NCBI RefSeq assembly: GCF_000150275.1
Contig: NW_002060946.1
Coordinates: forward strand, 4,607,454 to 4,671,453
Length of the DNA: 64,000 bases
Reading direction: 5' to 3'
Source: Trichoplax adhaerens
Taxonomy: Eukaryota > Animalia > Placozoa
The notes under the pieces were generated by a model, which was not told the DNA's origin, made no database searches, and saw only the letters and a program-made list of their open reading frames with translations. The translations under genes were made by a program, and so were the position numbers. Below, piece after piece: positions 41,131-53,592 of the stretch; within the stretch, counting starts at the first letter, position 1; the number at the start of each line of letters is the position of its first letter.

Positions 41131-41976
41131 CTGATTCTTCTTGCTACGGCCTCCAAAAAAAAGATGCTAATGCATACAGTAGTATGTTAGCTATCGAGCG
41201 GTTAGCGTTACTATACTAAGCGTGTACTCCATGTCAGGCTCACCCGTCATCATCAAGTGTGTCGCGCAGTCGGTTGACATCATGTTCCAGTCACACAGTG
41301 GCTGATTCTTCTTGATACGGCCTACAAAAAAACATGCTAATACATACAGTAGTATGTTAGCTATCGAGCGGTTAGCGTTACTGTACTAAGCGTGTACTCC
41401 ATGTCAGGCTCACCCGTCATCATCAAGTGTGTCGCGCACTCGGTTGACATCATGTTCCAGTCACACAGTGGCTGATTCTTCTTGATGCGGCCTCCAAAAA
41501 AAGATGCTAATACATACAGTAGTATGTTAGCTATGGAGCGGTTAGCGTTACTGTACTAAGCGTGTACTCCATGTCAGGCTCACCCGTCATCATCAAGTGT
41601 GTCGCGCAGTCGGTTGACATCATGTTCCAGTCACACAGTGGCTGATTCTTCTTGATACGGCCTACAAAAAAACATGCTAATACATACAGTAGTATGTTAG
41701 CTATCGAGCGGTTAGCGTTACTGTACTAAGCGTGTACTCCATGTCAGGCTCACCCATCATCATCAAGTGTGTCGCGCAGTCGGTTGACATCATGTTCCAG
41801 TCACACAGTGGCTGATTCTTCTTGCTACGGCCTACAAAAAAACATGCTAATACATACAGTAGTATGTTAGCTATCGAGCGGTTAGCGTTACTGTACTAAG
41901 CGTGTACTCCATGTCAGGCTCACCCGTCATCATCAAGTGTGTCGCGCAGTCGGTTGACATCATGTTCCAGTCACAC
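41131..41976. repeat. Tandem array of five near-identical 170-bp units; each unit resembles a minus-strand exon plus intron
   Basis: Units start at 41131, 41302, 41472, 41642 and 41812 and differ by only a few substitutions. There are no unique spacers. Confidence 0.97.
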
Positions 41977-43344
41977 CTTTCGCTTGGCTCGGCTTTGCAT
42001 TTTTGAACCACTTCCTAGCTTGCTTTGGCTAGAAGTTGATGCTGGTGTGTTAAAGAGAGATTGGACTCGCTGGACTTTTTCATTGCAGTTGAAGAAGTGA
42101 ATATTAAAGGTATTTCAAGCAATTATTTCCACTGTAAGGTATCCAATCATCATTTCAATACCGGTATTGTAATAGGACGAGCAGAATTAACCATCCGGCA
42201 AACAAAAGGAGTCAAAACCACTGTAAATGTGCATTGATTCATCGACCCAGTAATGCCTCTTCTCTATCCTAGTCCAACGTCTTTTACTTGCCAATGGAGT
42301 TTTTTAGCACTGTCATTGACTTTAGAGGAAGAGATAGAGAGTGGACAATAAGTACTGTTGAATCCCTTCCAAGAAGGCGATACTCTATTTGAAAACAGAT
42401 GGGAGAAAAGGCCATAAAAGTCTGGTATGAATATGCTAGTGGGAATCTCCAGTGTAGGATAGTGTATCATACAGCCAATACGGTACAATGGAATACACTC
42501 CAGTCGTATCCATATTCAATGTATAATCGTATTGCGTAAATCTAGTATCATTGCATTGGCAAAACACTTTCAATGTCCCAATACCATTCTTGTTTATTTT
42601 CACTCGACTTTCCTCTATTTTATTTTCAAACGCTTCATTTTCTGTCTCTAGTATTGAAATTGACAGAATTATCAAGGAAGTAAGTACTTGAACCAAAGCT
42701 ATTTCTGTAGTCTTTCAAATATAATCTGGGCAAATTTCCTAGGCCGGTTGACTTGCCATGCTTTGCACTACACAAGTCCGACATTGTCCTTCTACTGTAC
42801 GTAGTAACCGGCGGTACATACGTGTAGATCGATTGTCCCCCACTTACTGAAGAATAATTTTCCAATTTCCTGTCTTCTATCCTCATTGAATACACCTCAT
42901 CCGTCCTATCTTGGTAGTAGTTATCGTTTCTTGTAAAGATCCAACTCGTTCATGATATCGCTAGCATCTCTACAGAATGATAACATACAATCCATAAGAA
43001 TGAACGATTTCTAAAGATGTCAAAATGCAATACTGTATGTACGTCAATGGACATGGATACCCGGTGACGATGTCGAGTCAATCGGATCCAATGGTAGCTA
43101 TGACTACGAGCAGTTTAGCGTAAACTAGATCCAAGGAATGTGTTGGTTGAGATGCATCCATGAGAAATGGAAAAATACAAAATAGATTTCAATTTCTGAC
43201 ACCAATTGAATGAATGATGTGCTATTTGATTTTTTAAAAAAAATCTCATTTCCTTATGTCAATTTTATCCTTTACAAATCGCTATGCAATATCTTAATTA
43301 ATACAACTTAACTTAATTTTTCTAGGTTAACCTTGTTGTCGATT

Positions 43345-46300
43345 ATGGCTGTCAGAGAAATTAAACTATGTTTATTAGGGGTAAGTGGAAGTTGAATGAA
43401 GAACTGGAAATGGTAACGATGTAGCGTAGATTAGAGCATAAGCGTATGGACGATAGACAGTACAGTAACACTTACTGGGAAGGTTATCATTTCCATAGAC
43501 TTGGACAGTATAAAATTAACTTGATGATGGTTAAGAAGGCTGTCTGATAGTACCATCTTAAGTAAAATTAATTGAAATTGACAACTGTCTTAATTTCCTA
43601 ATTGTTAAGTCAATGAATTTGCTTATCTTGTAATATGTTGATATGGAAAGGATGCTGGTGTTGGTAAATCAAGCCTGGTTTTACGCTTTGTATGTGATAC
43701 GTTTAATGCCTGTTCAGAAAGTACGATAGGGTATGTTGCTTGTTATGAAATGAATTATGGATATGCTTATAGTAATGCCATAAAGATTACTTTGTATTCT
43801 ACCAATAATATAATTATTATATTCTTGATCATGGTAATTCTGTTATACATTGATCATTGTTATGGTTTTTCTAATTTTGGGGGAGATATGCTTGATAACT
43901 TCATGGTAGTAGTAATACTGTAATAATAGTTGTTTTGTCATTCAAGTTGAAACTTGGAGTTTTTATTAAAAGGGCAAAAGGATAAGTATACTTACCCTTT
44001 CTTGGTAGCTATCTATTAATTAAAAATATCTACCGCTTTACAACGTGTAAATAACGCAAAAGTCTATCGTATCTTCATAGAAAATAACATCAACACTCAT
44101 AGTCGTAAATGCCTTTATTGATCCAAATTTTTAAATAAGTAATGATACACTTTAGAAAACTTTTCCTTTTGATACGAGTAAAGCTTGTTACTCTATTCAC
44201 TTTTTTATGTTGCCAAAAAATTGACTCTAGATAGACGAAGTTGTTGTCTATAGAATTCATGAATAAACACTCTAGGAATAGGCGCTATTATCACTAATAT
44301 TGTGTACATATCCTATCATCTTTCCAATGCGATCTTTGTTAATTTCTAGTTAAGATCGAGAACATATTTTATAATGAATTAGAGGGAACTACTATTTTTT
44401 CATAGTACTGTAGATGTTAATTGAGAGTATTACTGTCGCGATAAATATCACGATGGAGATCTTATGGTAGGATGTAGCAATGAGAGGGAATCCATTATGA
44501 ATTATGGTACATATGGTTGGACATATTCTATCGATAGTTGATGATTTCATACTGCAGCTATGTTTGTTTAATGTGTAATGTTGTCTTATTATTATGCTTT
44601 ATAATTTTTAACCGTTTTAATGGGATAGCCGAATTTTGATTTTTCTACATTCATCTTTTATAAGTGTGATAACCAGGCATCGTAACTTGCACAACTTCTA
44701 ATTTTAGTAACAGATGTATGCTATCAGTCAGTACACAGTACTATGTTATTTTAATGATATCAAGTTGCCTAACTTTTATAGTTAAACTGACGGTGGTGGT
44801 CATATCGTTAATCACGATGAGTAATGCTAAGTCAACAAGTTAGCTTTAGCATGATGACTGTCATATTAACAACCCTTTTTGGACGTATTGAGAGAAAAAA
44901 TAATGAGAACGTATCATAACTACAGTTATGGTTGTATTTCGTCCAGAATGAAATATCGTTATCAGCGATTCTTTGTAGCAAACATGACCACTATAAATCT
45001 AATTACAGTTACCGTTTCTACATGATTTCAAAAGATGAATCCTGAAATTTTTCAATTTATTTTTTACTTTATGACAATTGAATTCTTACCTACTACATAT
45101 TAATAAAATAGCGCCTCTTTCATGTCGAAAACGATTGAGGTTAATGAACAATCCTACAAGTACCAAATTTGGGATACTGCTGGCCAAGAAAAGGTATTAT
45201 ACACAACATCTAATTTGCATTTGCCCAGTGTGCTTCCAATTTGTAGCTTAATTACGATGACGACAGCATTGTTTTGGACTAATTTTAATTGCTAATTATT
45301 AATCACAAATCTAACGTTTGACTCGAATTTAATACCAAGTGTATTGACTACATGCAGCACTTACTTAATGCGATAAGTATGATGAATGCATAGTTTTACG
45401 AATAGATTAGGCTGACACGTTGTCGTAATCTTTTCTGATCGGCTTTATTTCAAATATTTCTGTTAAAAATTATATAACTATGCATCAGAAATCCGTTCAG
45501 TATATTGTAGTACGATCTACACTGATTAGCTCACTTGTTTGTTCAATACGATCGTTCGTTTGCACGTTTTGTAAATCTAATACAATAATCTATTAATGTG
45601 CACCCTAAGATACTGTCAGTATGGCAATAAATGTAGCAGTAGTTTTCTTATTCTATCAAAATTTGAGTAAACAAATTTTAGATATTAATTAGGTTGCAAG
45701 AAACTACATCAGTAAACGATGATACAGGATTCATTATAATTATCTCCTTGATATTGAATCACTTATATTCCTGTCTGTCTATTTAAATAGTATCGTGGTC
45801 TAGCTCCCATGTATTACAGAGGGGCAGCTGCTGCCATCGTCGTTTTCGATATAACCAGAGAGGTAACTATACGAGTATCCTGTGCATTCCGTCTACATCT
45901 TAAATAGGAATATTTGAAAATAGTCTATACGCATTACTATTTCATTGTATAATCATAAATAAGCTTGCAAATTTAATGGATATAGGAAAGTTTTCATACC
46001 TTGAAGGATTGGGTAAAAGAGTTGCAGCAGCTAGGACCCCCAAATTTAGTTATGGCTATAGCTGGCAATAAAAGCGATCTAGATGAGATGAGAGAGGTTA
46101 GTTCATATATTTGATAGTGGATGAATATGCATAGAAATTGAGTATGTCTTGGGTATATTGGTAATGTAGCAAACTCTAGTACAGTAGACAATTGTTTTAT
46201 AATGATATAAATATCATCTTAAAATTTAAAAATTTTAGGTCTCATCACATGACGCTAGAACTTTCGCCGACAGCGTAGATGCTTTATTTGCTGAAACAAG

Positions 46301-46615
46301 CGCATTGACGGCCAAAAATGTTCTCGAATTATTTGTTGAAATAAGTTAGTTTTTATGTTATTATTGAATTTATTTTGACAGCAGGGCTGCAAATAATTAA
46401 TGATTGCAATAGGAAAATATAGATGACCTTATAAAATCACATTAAAAAAATTATTACCTACCATGATCATTTTTATTTATTGTATGAATATTTATTTGCT
46501 TTCAGGTAAAAAATTACCGCAGGAAGCACTGGAGCTCCCCACACAGCGTGATACTATAAACTTAACTCGGCCAGCACCAGCTACCAAGGATAAGAAAAAG
46601 TGCTGCTCTAAATAA
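43345..46615 (+). CDS. Rab GTPase of the Rab22/Rab31 subfamily (7 exons)
   Basis: [88 protein letters not shown] and ETSA, with a C-terminal CCSK prenylation motif. Confidence 0.93.
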
Positions 46616-48264
46616 ACAGCCATAATATAATACAGTACAAAAATTCTTCAGAATTGATAAATTAAAACTGAATGATGATAATCGATACAAAATTAAGAAG
46701 TTTTCTTAGGTCTTCCATTAGATCACTCTATATGATATAAAGAAGTTTACTAATCGTAAAGGCTGAACACATTACAGTCACAGGAATCACCATAAATTAT
46801 ACGGCGTACATGTGTGATTTTATTTAATTGATTATTCTTATTTAAAATTCAAATAGTGCTTCACTTTATAATCGTCAATTTATCAGAAATTTTTTAAATA
46901 CCCTCTAATATCTTTAAAAATTGCTATTGCGTTCTATTATGTATGCCGACTGCATGTACATGAAATTAATGCATTATCATTCTGAAATATGCATAATATA
47001 TCGATTTCTATATACAAAATAATATTATCATGTTTTATGTCTTAATGGATCCCTTGAAGTGAAAGTCCTTTTTTTACGTCTATTATTGCATTTTTTGTAA
47101 TCGAATGTACAGTATAATATTTTAATTGCCTTTCAATACCGAAATTCTACCTTCTGAAATATGCATAAATTGCCAAAGTTAACTTAATGTATATGCTTTT
47201 ATTTATTAAATTTGCCACGATTGATGTTGGTAAAAGATGCTTACAGATAACTTATGCAGATGAATATAAATATGATTTTCCTTTGCTAGATGTAACTACT
47301 GAAAGATAATTTAAATTAATGCGCACTATCGAATAGAAAATTTTGGTGTGGCGAACATATATTAATAAATACATTTCTGATACAAATTATTCGAACTGAT
47401 GCTCGTGTTCTGTCCGTTAACTGAATGCTACCTTACTTAGGCCCTTGTTGACGTTATATAAATGTACAGTATACCAGGATATTACTTAAAAGATGGCAAA
47501 GCCAGGTTGATTGTGCTTCCTCTATTTTTATTTGGGTTAAAAACATAAAAAATAAAATTTATAATAATATTCTATTGTCATAAACTATACTTTACTAGAT
47601 ACGAGATAAGAATTATTATTGCGGGTTCTATTGATTTTGATCATGTTACTGTTATCAACGCTAGATCATCGCTAAAAATGTGATCTACTTTATAAGCTGT
47701 TTCGCAGTACCAAGCTATTAAAATTTTTATAATTTCTCGATTGTATAAGCCTCTTTCTAAGACAATACTAGTCATACCATTCTTAATATTCAACACAGTA
47801 ATTGATTTTATGCTGGAAAATTACATGGCAATTTTCATAATTAAATAGTACTATCAATCAATTATCGAATACAAGTCAATTTTTAATAAAATTTAACAAT
47901 GTTAAATCCGTAATTACTTCTATTAAAGTAACTTTGAGAAAGACTTTACTTGAATCTTTTAAATGCTATTAGTAGTAAAAATTAATCGTAGATTATTTTT
48001 TATAAATGTAATGATTTATGGAATAACTAGCAAATGCTAAATTTTGTTTTAGAATTGACTTTATCAAAGTGTAGGTCTGGATATATAATTAATATGGCTA
48101 GTAGATGGGCCAATTTAATATTTGTGTAACTATAAGTAATCCAGACTAAACCTTAATCTATAAATTGAACATAGAAGAAATCGTTATAAAATTATAGTAT
48201 ATCTATTCACACAAACAGTTATGACTAAATGGTACTGTAAGCCTTTTTGTATCGATGGGTCAGC

Positions 48265-51200
48265 TTAATCTTTGCCGGCCATAACAGCTTCAATCTCTTC
48301 TACTGTTCGTGGAACTTTTGTTAATACTTCTACCCCAGTAGCGGTAACATAAACATTATCTTCGATACGCACCTAATATACCGTGTAGAAAAGAATTGAT
48401 TGGTTACATCTTTTATCAAGTCTAAAACTATAAATTTTTGAACTTACACCACCAATATTTCGAAGTTGTTCAACTCTATCTTTGTTTAAGAACTGAGCTT
48501 GATTAGGATCGTTTAATGCTTTATCTAAAAGCTATTCAATAAAATATAACCCATAGTTAATAGAGTATAGTAAAGGAATATTTCAAGTATATCACTAAGT
48601 AAAAAGCTGCAATACAATGTTAATAAGGTAGCATCCTGGCTCTACGGTGATAACCATTCCTTCCTGTAGTTCACGATTTGCACGTAAATTACGAATGCCG
48701 GGTTCATCGATACGTTTAGTATCCTAAGTAGATAATAAACTTTAACATCTCGCCTTGTGTATTAACAACTACATATCAAGAGAAAAGGTCAAAAGCTTAC
48801 TCCAGGATAACCGCCGACATCGTGAGTATCGATACCAAGGAAATGACCTAATCCATGAGGCATAAATATAGCACCAACATGAGCAGCTATCATATCGTTA
48901 AGATTTCCTCGGACAATATCATGTTCTTTCAAATGTTCTAAAATGCACCGTTCAGCCAAACGATGCATATCAGTCCACTGAACACCTAGAATTCGGAGAA
49001 AATTTTAATTTATAGGATAGGCAGGTATAGGGACGAGGCAGCATCAATATTGTATAACGCTAATATTGACCTGGTTTCATTGCTGCTTCGACAGCATTAT
49101 TGGCCTTTAGAGCAGCGTTATAAATGATCTTTTGATCTTCAGTAAATTTTCCATTGCTTGGAAATGTACAGGTGATATCAGAAGTATAACAGTAATATTC
49201 TGCGCCCATGTCGACGAGGCTATTGAAATAAATTAGTGTACACGCATGATTAACAGTCAAAACGATCAATTGAGGCAAATACCAAAACATAGTAAGGAAT
49301 TACGTATATACTTATATTGACATAGTAACACTAACTGCTTACCATAAGTCGCCATCATCAATAGTTTTATTATTTGGAACTGCGGCATGGCCATAATGGA
49401 GGACAGCACTGTTGGATCCACTGATACACATACATCAGATATATATTAAAACTTAAATTTTTAAAGGACGAAAGCTTCAGTATGTCTAGTTCTACTAATA
49501 TACAAGAATTATAGGATCATACTTGTAGATAAATAAATAATAATATAGTAAAATTAGTACTTTTTACCTAGCAACAATTCCAGAATAAGCTACGTAGCGA
49601 CATCCACCCCGACTGTAGCAGTGGTTTAAGAATATACTAAAATACACGTAAATGGGGCATAATTTATATTTCAATACACTTTCATATGTATACACAATCC
49701 TGTGCTATGCAAGCTTTCATATGACGTTACACTACCTTTCCAATTCGTATTCTTTCATTCCAGGTCGAACACTTCGCATCAACTGTTGAAATATAACGAT
49801 TTAAATTTTAACTGTGTTTTACGTATCAAAAAGCGTTATTCATTTTATGATATTCTGTAACTGTTATGTTTATAAGAAAAGATAAATAGGACATCATAAC
49901 TGAGCAAAGTTCATAATTGATGTAAAAAGATTAAACCTGGATATGGCCTTGACTACTAATACCATTGACATAACGCATGATATCGAGTTCCTGATGCGAT
50001 TTTGTTACACGGCTAGAATACAACAAAAAAATTAGCTATCTTGAGAAAATTTTATTGAACAATAGATGGCATCTATCCAGATCCTTTTGCATAGCGTTTA
50101 CAGAAACCATATTTTAATAACATTTAATACCATTCTGATATTTCAGGGTGTAATGAGGTTCGGTCAGTTTCGAAACTGTAAAATAATTATACGATGTACG
50201 TTACGAAAACGTTAGTAATTAGTACATGATTTTACATTATACAGAGTAAAACGATTATGTTGGTCATACTTTATAAAATTATGCTTTATAACCATGGATT
50301 ATAACAAAAAATAAATAATACAAAAATTGTATAGAAATTATTAAGGTACCTATCGATTCCATCAAAATCTGCCTCAATTGTATGCAGACCGCTATCTGTA
50401 TTTTTTCCTTTCTAAAGTTAAGGTTGGAGTTAGGTGGTAAATTACTTTCCTAGCTGCCATTTACTCTTAATACTTCGATATCACATGGCATAGATTTTAA
50501 TTTAATATCACTAATTGCAAACTATAATTCATACCAGAAGCAACAGAGTCGAAGGCTTTTTAGCTTGAAGAACTTGTTTTATCTAAATGTATTAAACATT
50601 TATGTAAGATATTTCATAAATGGCCCAACTAATCTATTTTCCTGTCCAATTAGACAAGACCGTTTGATGTAATTACCTCTTCGGTATAATGGACTTCATC
50701 AACATCATATTTATTCTTGATTTGTTCCGTCGAGAGTATTCTAAAAGAATAATAAGTGGATATATACTTATTAGCTGGAAACAGTAATACTGGTGACTGT
50801 CTATTGCAACAAGTAAGCAAGGGATAGGGTTATTTTAGTAAAATTAAAAATTGCACTCTTACTTATAGAATATATATACGGTAAAAATTTAATCTAGACT
50901 TTGGCTGCCACAAATATTTAGGTATCATGACACATCCGAATTACTAATATTTAAGTTAATTGCAGTAACTTACTCTCCCATCCATACTGCATATTCAGCA
51001 GGTAGTTTTGGACAAAAAAGGATAGACGTGTTGTTATCGACGTCGATAGCACCATAATAGTCAGGCTCACAAACGCCAAAAGTCCAATGAAAGTAAGATT
51101 CCTACACCATGCGGGATAGTTCAATATAATTATTGATAATAATAATGTTGTTTAAAAACCTTTCAGGTACGCTAATGGCTTATAAAATGTTATTTTGTGT

Positions 51201-52500
51201 ATTTCTATGATTTAATTTCAAGCCTACTAAAATTTTAATTTACTTTGCTGTATTCTCGGTTAGTAAGAAATGTATTTTCGTTTCAAGCAGTGAACGATAG
51301 AGGAAAATACTATGTTGTATTTTTACTATTACATTTATTTCAGTTTATTTCGTCCTAGAATTATGACAACCTAGCAGAGTATGCGTGTGCTGTAGCTGCC
51401 AGATCTAAGGAAGTCCTGCTATTCTACATTACCATTTCGCTTTTGAGAGTCAATCAATTATTCTTACTCTAGTTACCTGTCTGAATAAAGGTTCATGATC
51501 GGTGTTATGCCTCATGATACTCTTTCCACCTTGCAAGAGAACAATAGCTCCATTTTTAACACCTCTCTTTTTGAGTCTTCCATTCAATCTTTGCCTATTT
51601 AAAGCATGTAAAGATCGAACAACTGTTGCTGTTTGTTGGCCCATAGAATAAGTCGACCTAGAATGTATTCATATATAGTATATATCAGTATATGTAATTG
51701 CTATACTGATGATGTTCAATTGAAAAGTAGAGTATAAAGTCATTCAAAGTTATCTTGTATTCCTTTACATTCTACCCTATTCAAGATCAATGACATCGTG
51801 TACGAGCAAGCTATCCTACAAGGAATGCTTGTGCATGGACTACTCTCAAATTTGGTAGTCCATGGCTAGTATTTACTGTATTTTCTGATATCTTGTTGAT
51901 GACAAGTGTAGATGATGTCATATTTATTTGGATAACTACTGGCCGATCGTGAATACTGTGACCGCATGCAGTGAACAATGTATTATGAATCTATTCGGAC
52001 TTTTTCTTGTTAACTAGAATGAATAATTGCAGATATCAGATCAAAATACAAAATGGTATTACAGTGTGACAGATATCGAGGTAAACTTCAGTAGTTGAGA
52101 TATGTATTCTCGATAATTATAGCTATTACAATTGATCGAGTAGAGGCTAGGAGTGCTTGCATGATTTGGTTATGACTCTTGCACAAGTAGTGACAGTAAT
52201 CTATTTCTCTGCATTCCTTCTAATATTAAGGCAGACACGGATGAGCTCTGTATCTTACTTTTTATACTTTTCTTTCTGATCTATTTTTCGATCATCCTAT
52301 GCAATATCATACAGCATATAACATTTCCACTTATAAGGTAGTCATGGCTATCCTGGATTCAAGCAATAGAGTAGAGTACAAGAGTGGACACTCGTTTTTA
52401 GTCGTTTTACAGTCCAAAAGTCAACATCCTGGTGTTATTAGTCGTGGCGGATAATCTATACCATTATTCTAGCACTAAGTTAGTTTACTTACCCCACCAT
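48265..52500 (-). CDS. PEPD: Xaa-Pro dipeptidase (prolidase), about 15 exons
   Basis: An 8-nt first exon (52500-52493, ATG GTG GG|gtaagt) is followed by [97 protein letters not shown] and [15 protein letters not shown]. Confidence 0.96.
51834..51864. mobile_element. Mini-hairpin element with CATGGACTAC arms (copy 1, PEPD intron 1)
   Basis: CATGGACTAC-tctcaaatttg-GTAGTCCATG; the same arms recur at 56114-56147. Confidence 0.55.
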
Positions 52501-53184
52501 TTTCCCTTGATTCCTGGAATTATTAGAGTATTCCGGCGGCTTTTTTCAGCTTGCACTGGCAATGGATGGCTACAAGGAGACTGCAGTCTGGCTAGTCAAG
52601 TGCAGCAATGTTGTGTTTTACGGCTACGACAGTACAATATTGGTACTGTACTGATTGACACTCAGGGTAAATACATCTGTACCACTGCTATAGTAATGGC
52701 TGTACCGTCCAGACCAACAGCGCACTAAAGGCAACATTTTTTTCGCTCCATGGTGGGAGTCGTCCGTCTAGTGTAGGGTCAGCCTCCAACGCTGTACGTG
52801 CTGTTTATCATGGAGTACTGGTGCACATTCAGCACTGGTAAAACTAGTGTAGTGTACTGTAGTGGGCTGGACTGGAAATACTGTACTAGACTCCCAAGTT
52901 TCCGACGTCATCCAGTTGCAGGACAGAAGGACTGCTAGACTAAAGGAGTGATTTCTTGATAGTTGATGGCTGTACTGGAGATTTATTTCATTAGTCTTGT
53001 ATTAGCTATCATAGAGATCGAATCGCTCAGTTCCATCGAATCAAAACTACAGAGTTGATTCCTATGGTTTAGTATATATGGTACGGTATATACTGAGTAC
53101 CACTGAAACTGTGTAGAATGGCCATGGTGGACTGTGGTAGACATACTATAAGACTACTTTTTATTCGACGCCATCCGTCTACTG

Positions 53185-53490
53185 CATACAGTAGTACAGT
53201 ACTGTACAGTGTACAGTACTATACTGTACTGTAGGACTAGTTTTTATTATTAGCTAGCCATCAGTGTACAGTACAGTGTACAGTAAGTACAGTATTGTAC
53301 CGTGAACCATGACCTCCTTCCGTCCTTCTCTCTCTCTCTCTCTCTCTTCCCTGTTCTCATACTGTACAGTACTGTACTGTACAGTACTGTAAAAATTACT
53401 GTACTGCACAATGGATGCACAATACCAAGTACTAAGATGTACAGTACGTACGGTACAGTTGTAAGCCCGTGCTTGGACGGACAGTACTTT
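53185..53490. repeat. TACAG/CTGTA island with an internal (CT)n tract in the PEPD-RPL14 divergent promoter
   Basis: gtacagtactgtacagtgtacagtac..., (CT)n near 53326-53347, actgtacagtactgtactgtacagtactgt. Sparser copies extend back to ~52625. Confidence 0.88.
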
Positions 53491-53566
53491 TTCTTGACTG
53501 GACGGTGAGATTACCCTCCCTCGTGACTTCATCCGGGGCTTTTCATCACTCCACGCGACAGCTAGG

Positions 53567-53580
53567 TCTTTCTCTTTTCC
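53567..53580 (+). promoter_or_regulatory. TCT initiator / 5'TOP polypyrimidine tract of RPL14
   Basis: TCTTTCTCTTTTCC lies 13 nt upstream of the ATG, as is typical for ribosomal protein gene starts. Confidence 0.8.
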
Positions 53581-53592
53581 AACTCAGCGAAA

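Noticed and set aside
41131-41976. CRISPR array or Pol III/snRNA gene cluster interpretation of the 170-bp repeats
   Set aside because: Units are wholly repeated with no unique spacers and there are no cas genes. No A/B boxes or recognisable snRNA, 5S or tRNA sequence were seen.
41244-41976. Selenocysteine read-through of the TGA in the alternative frame (V*LEHDVNRLRDTLDDD)
   Set aside because: Two units also carry an in-frame TAG in that frame, and no SECIS element could be identified.
51845-51863. ATG at 51863 as the PEPD start
   Set aside because: It hits TGA after five codons and is part of the hairpin element. The exon at 52500-52493 gives the correct phase.
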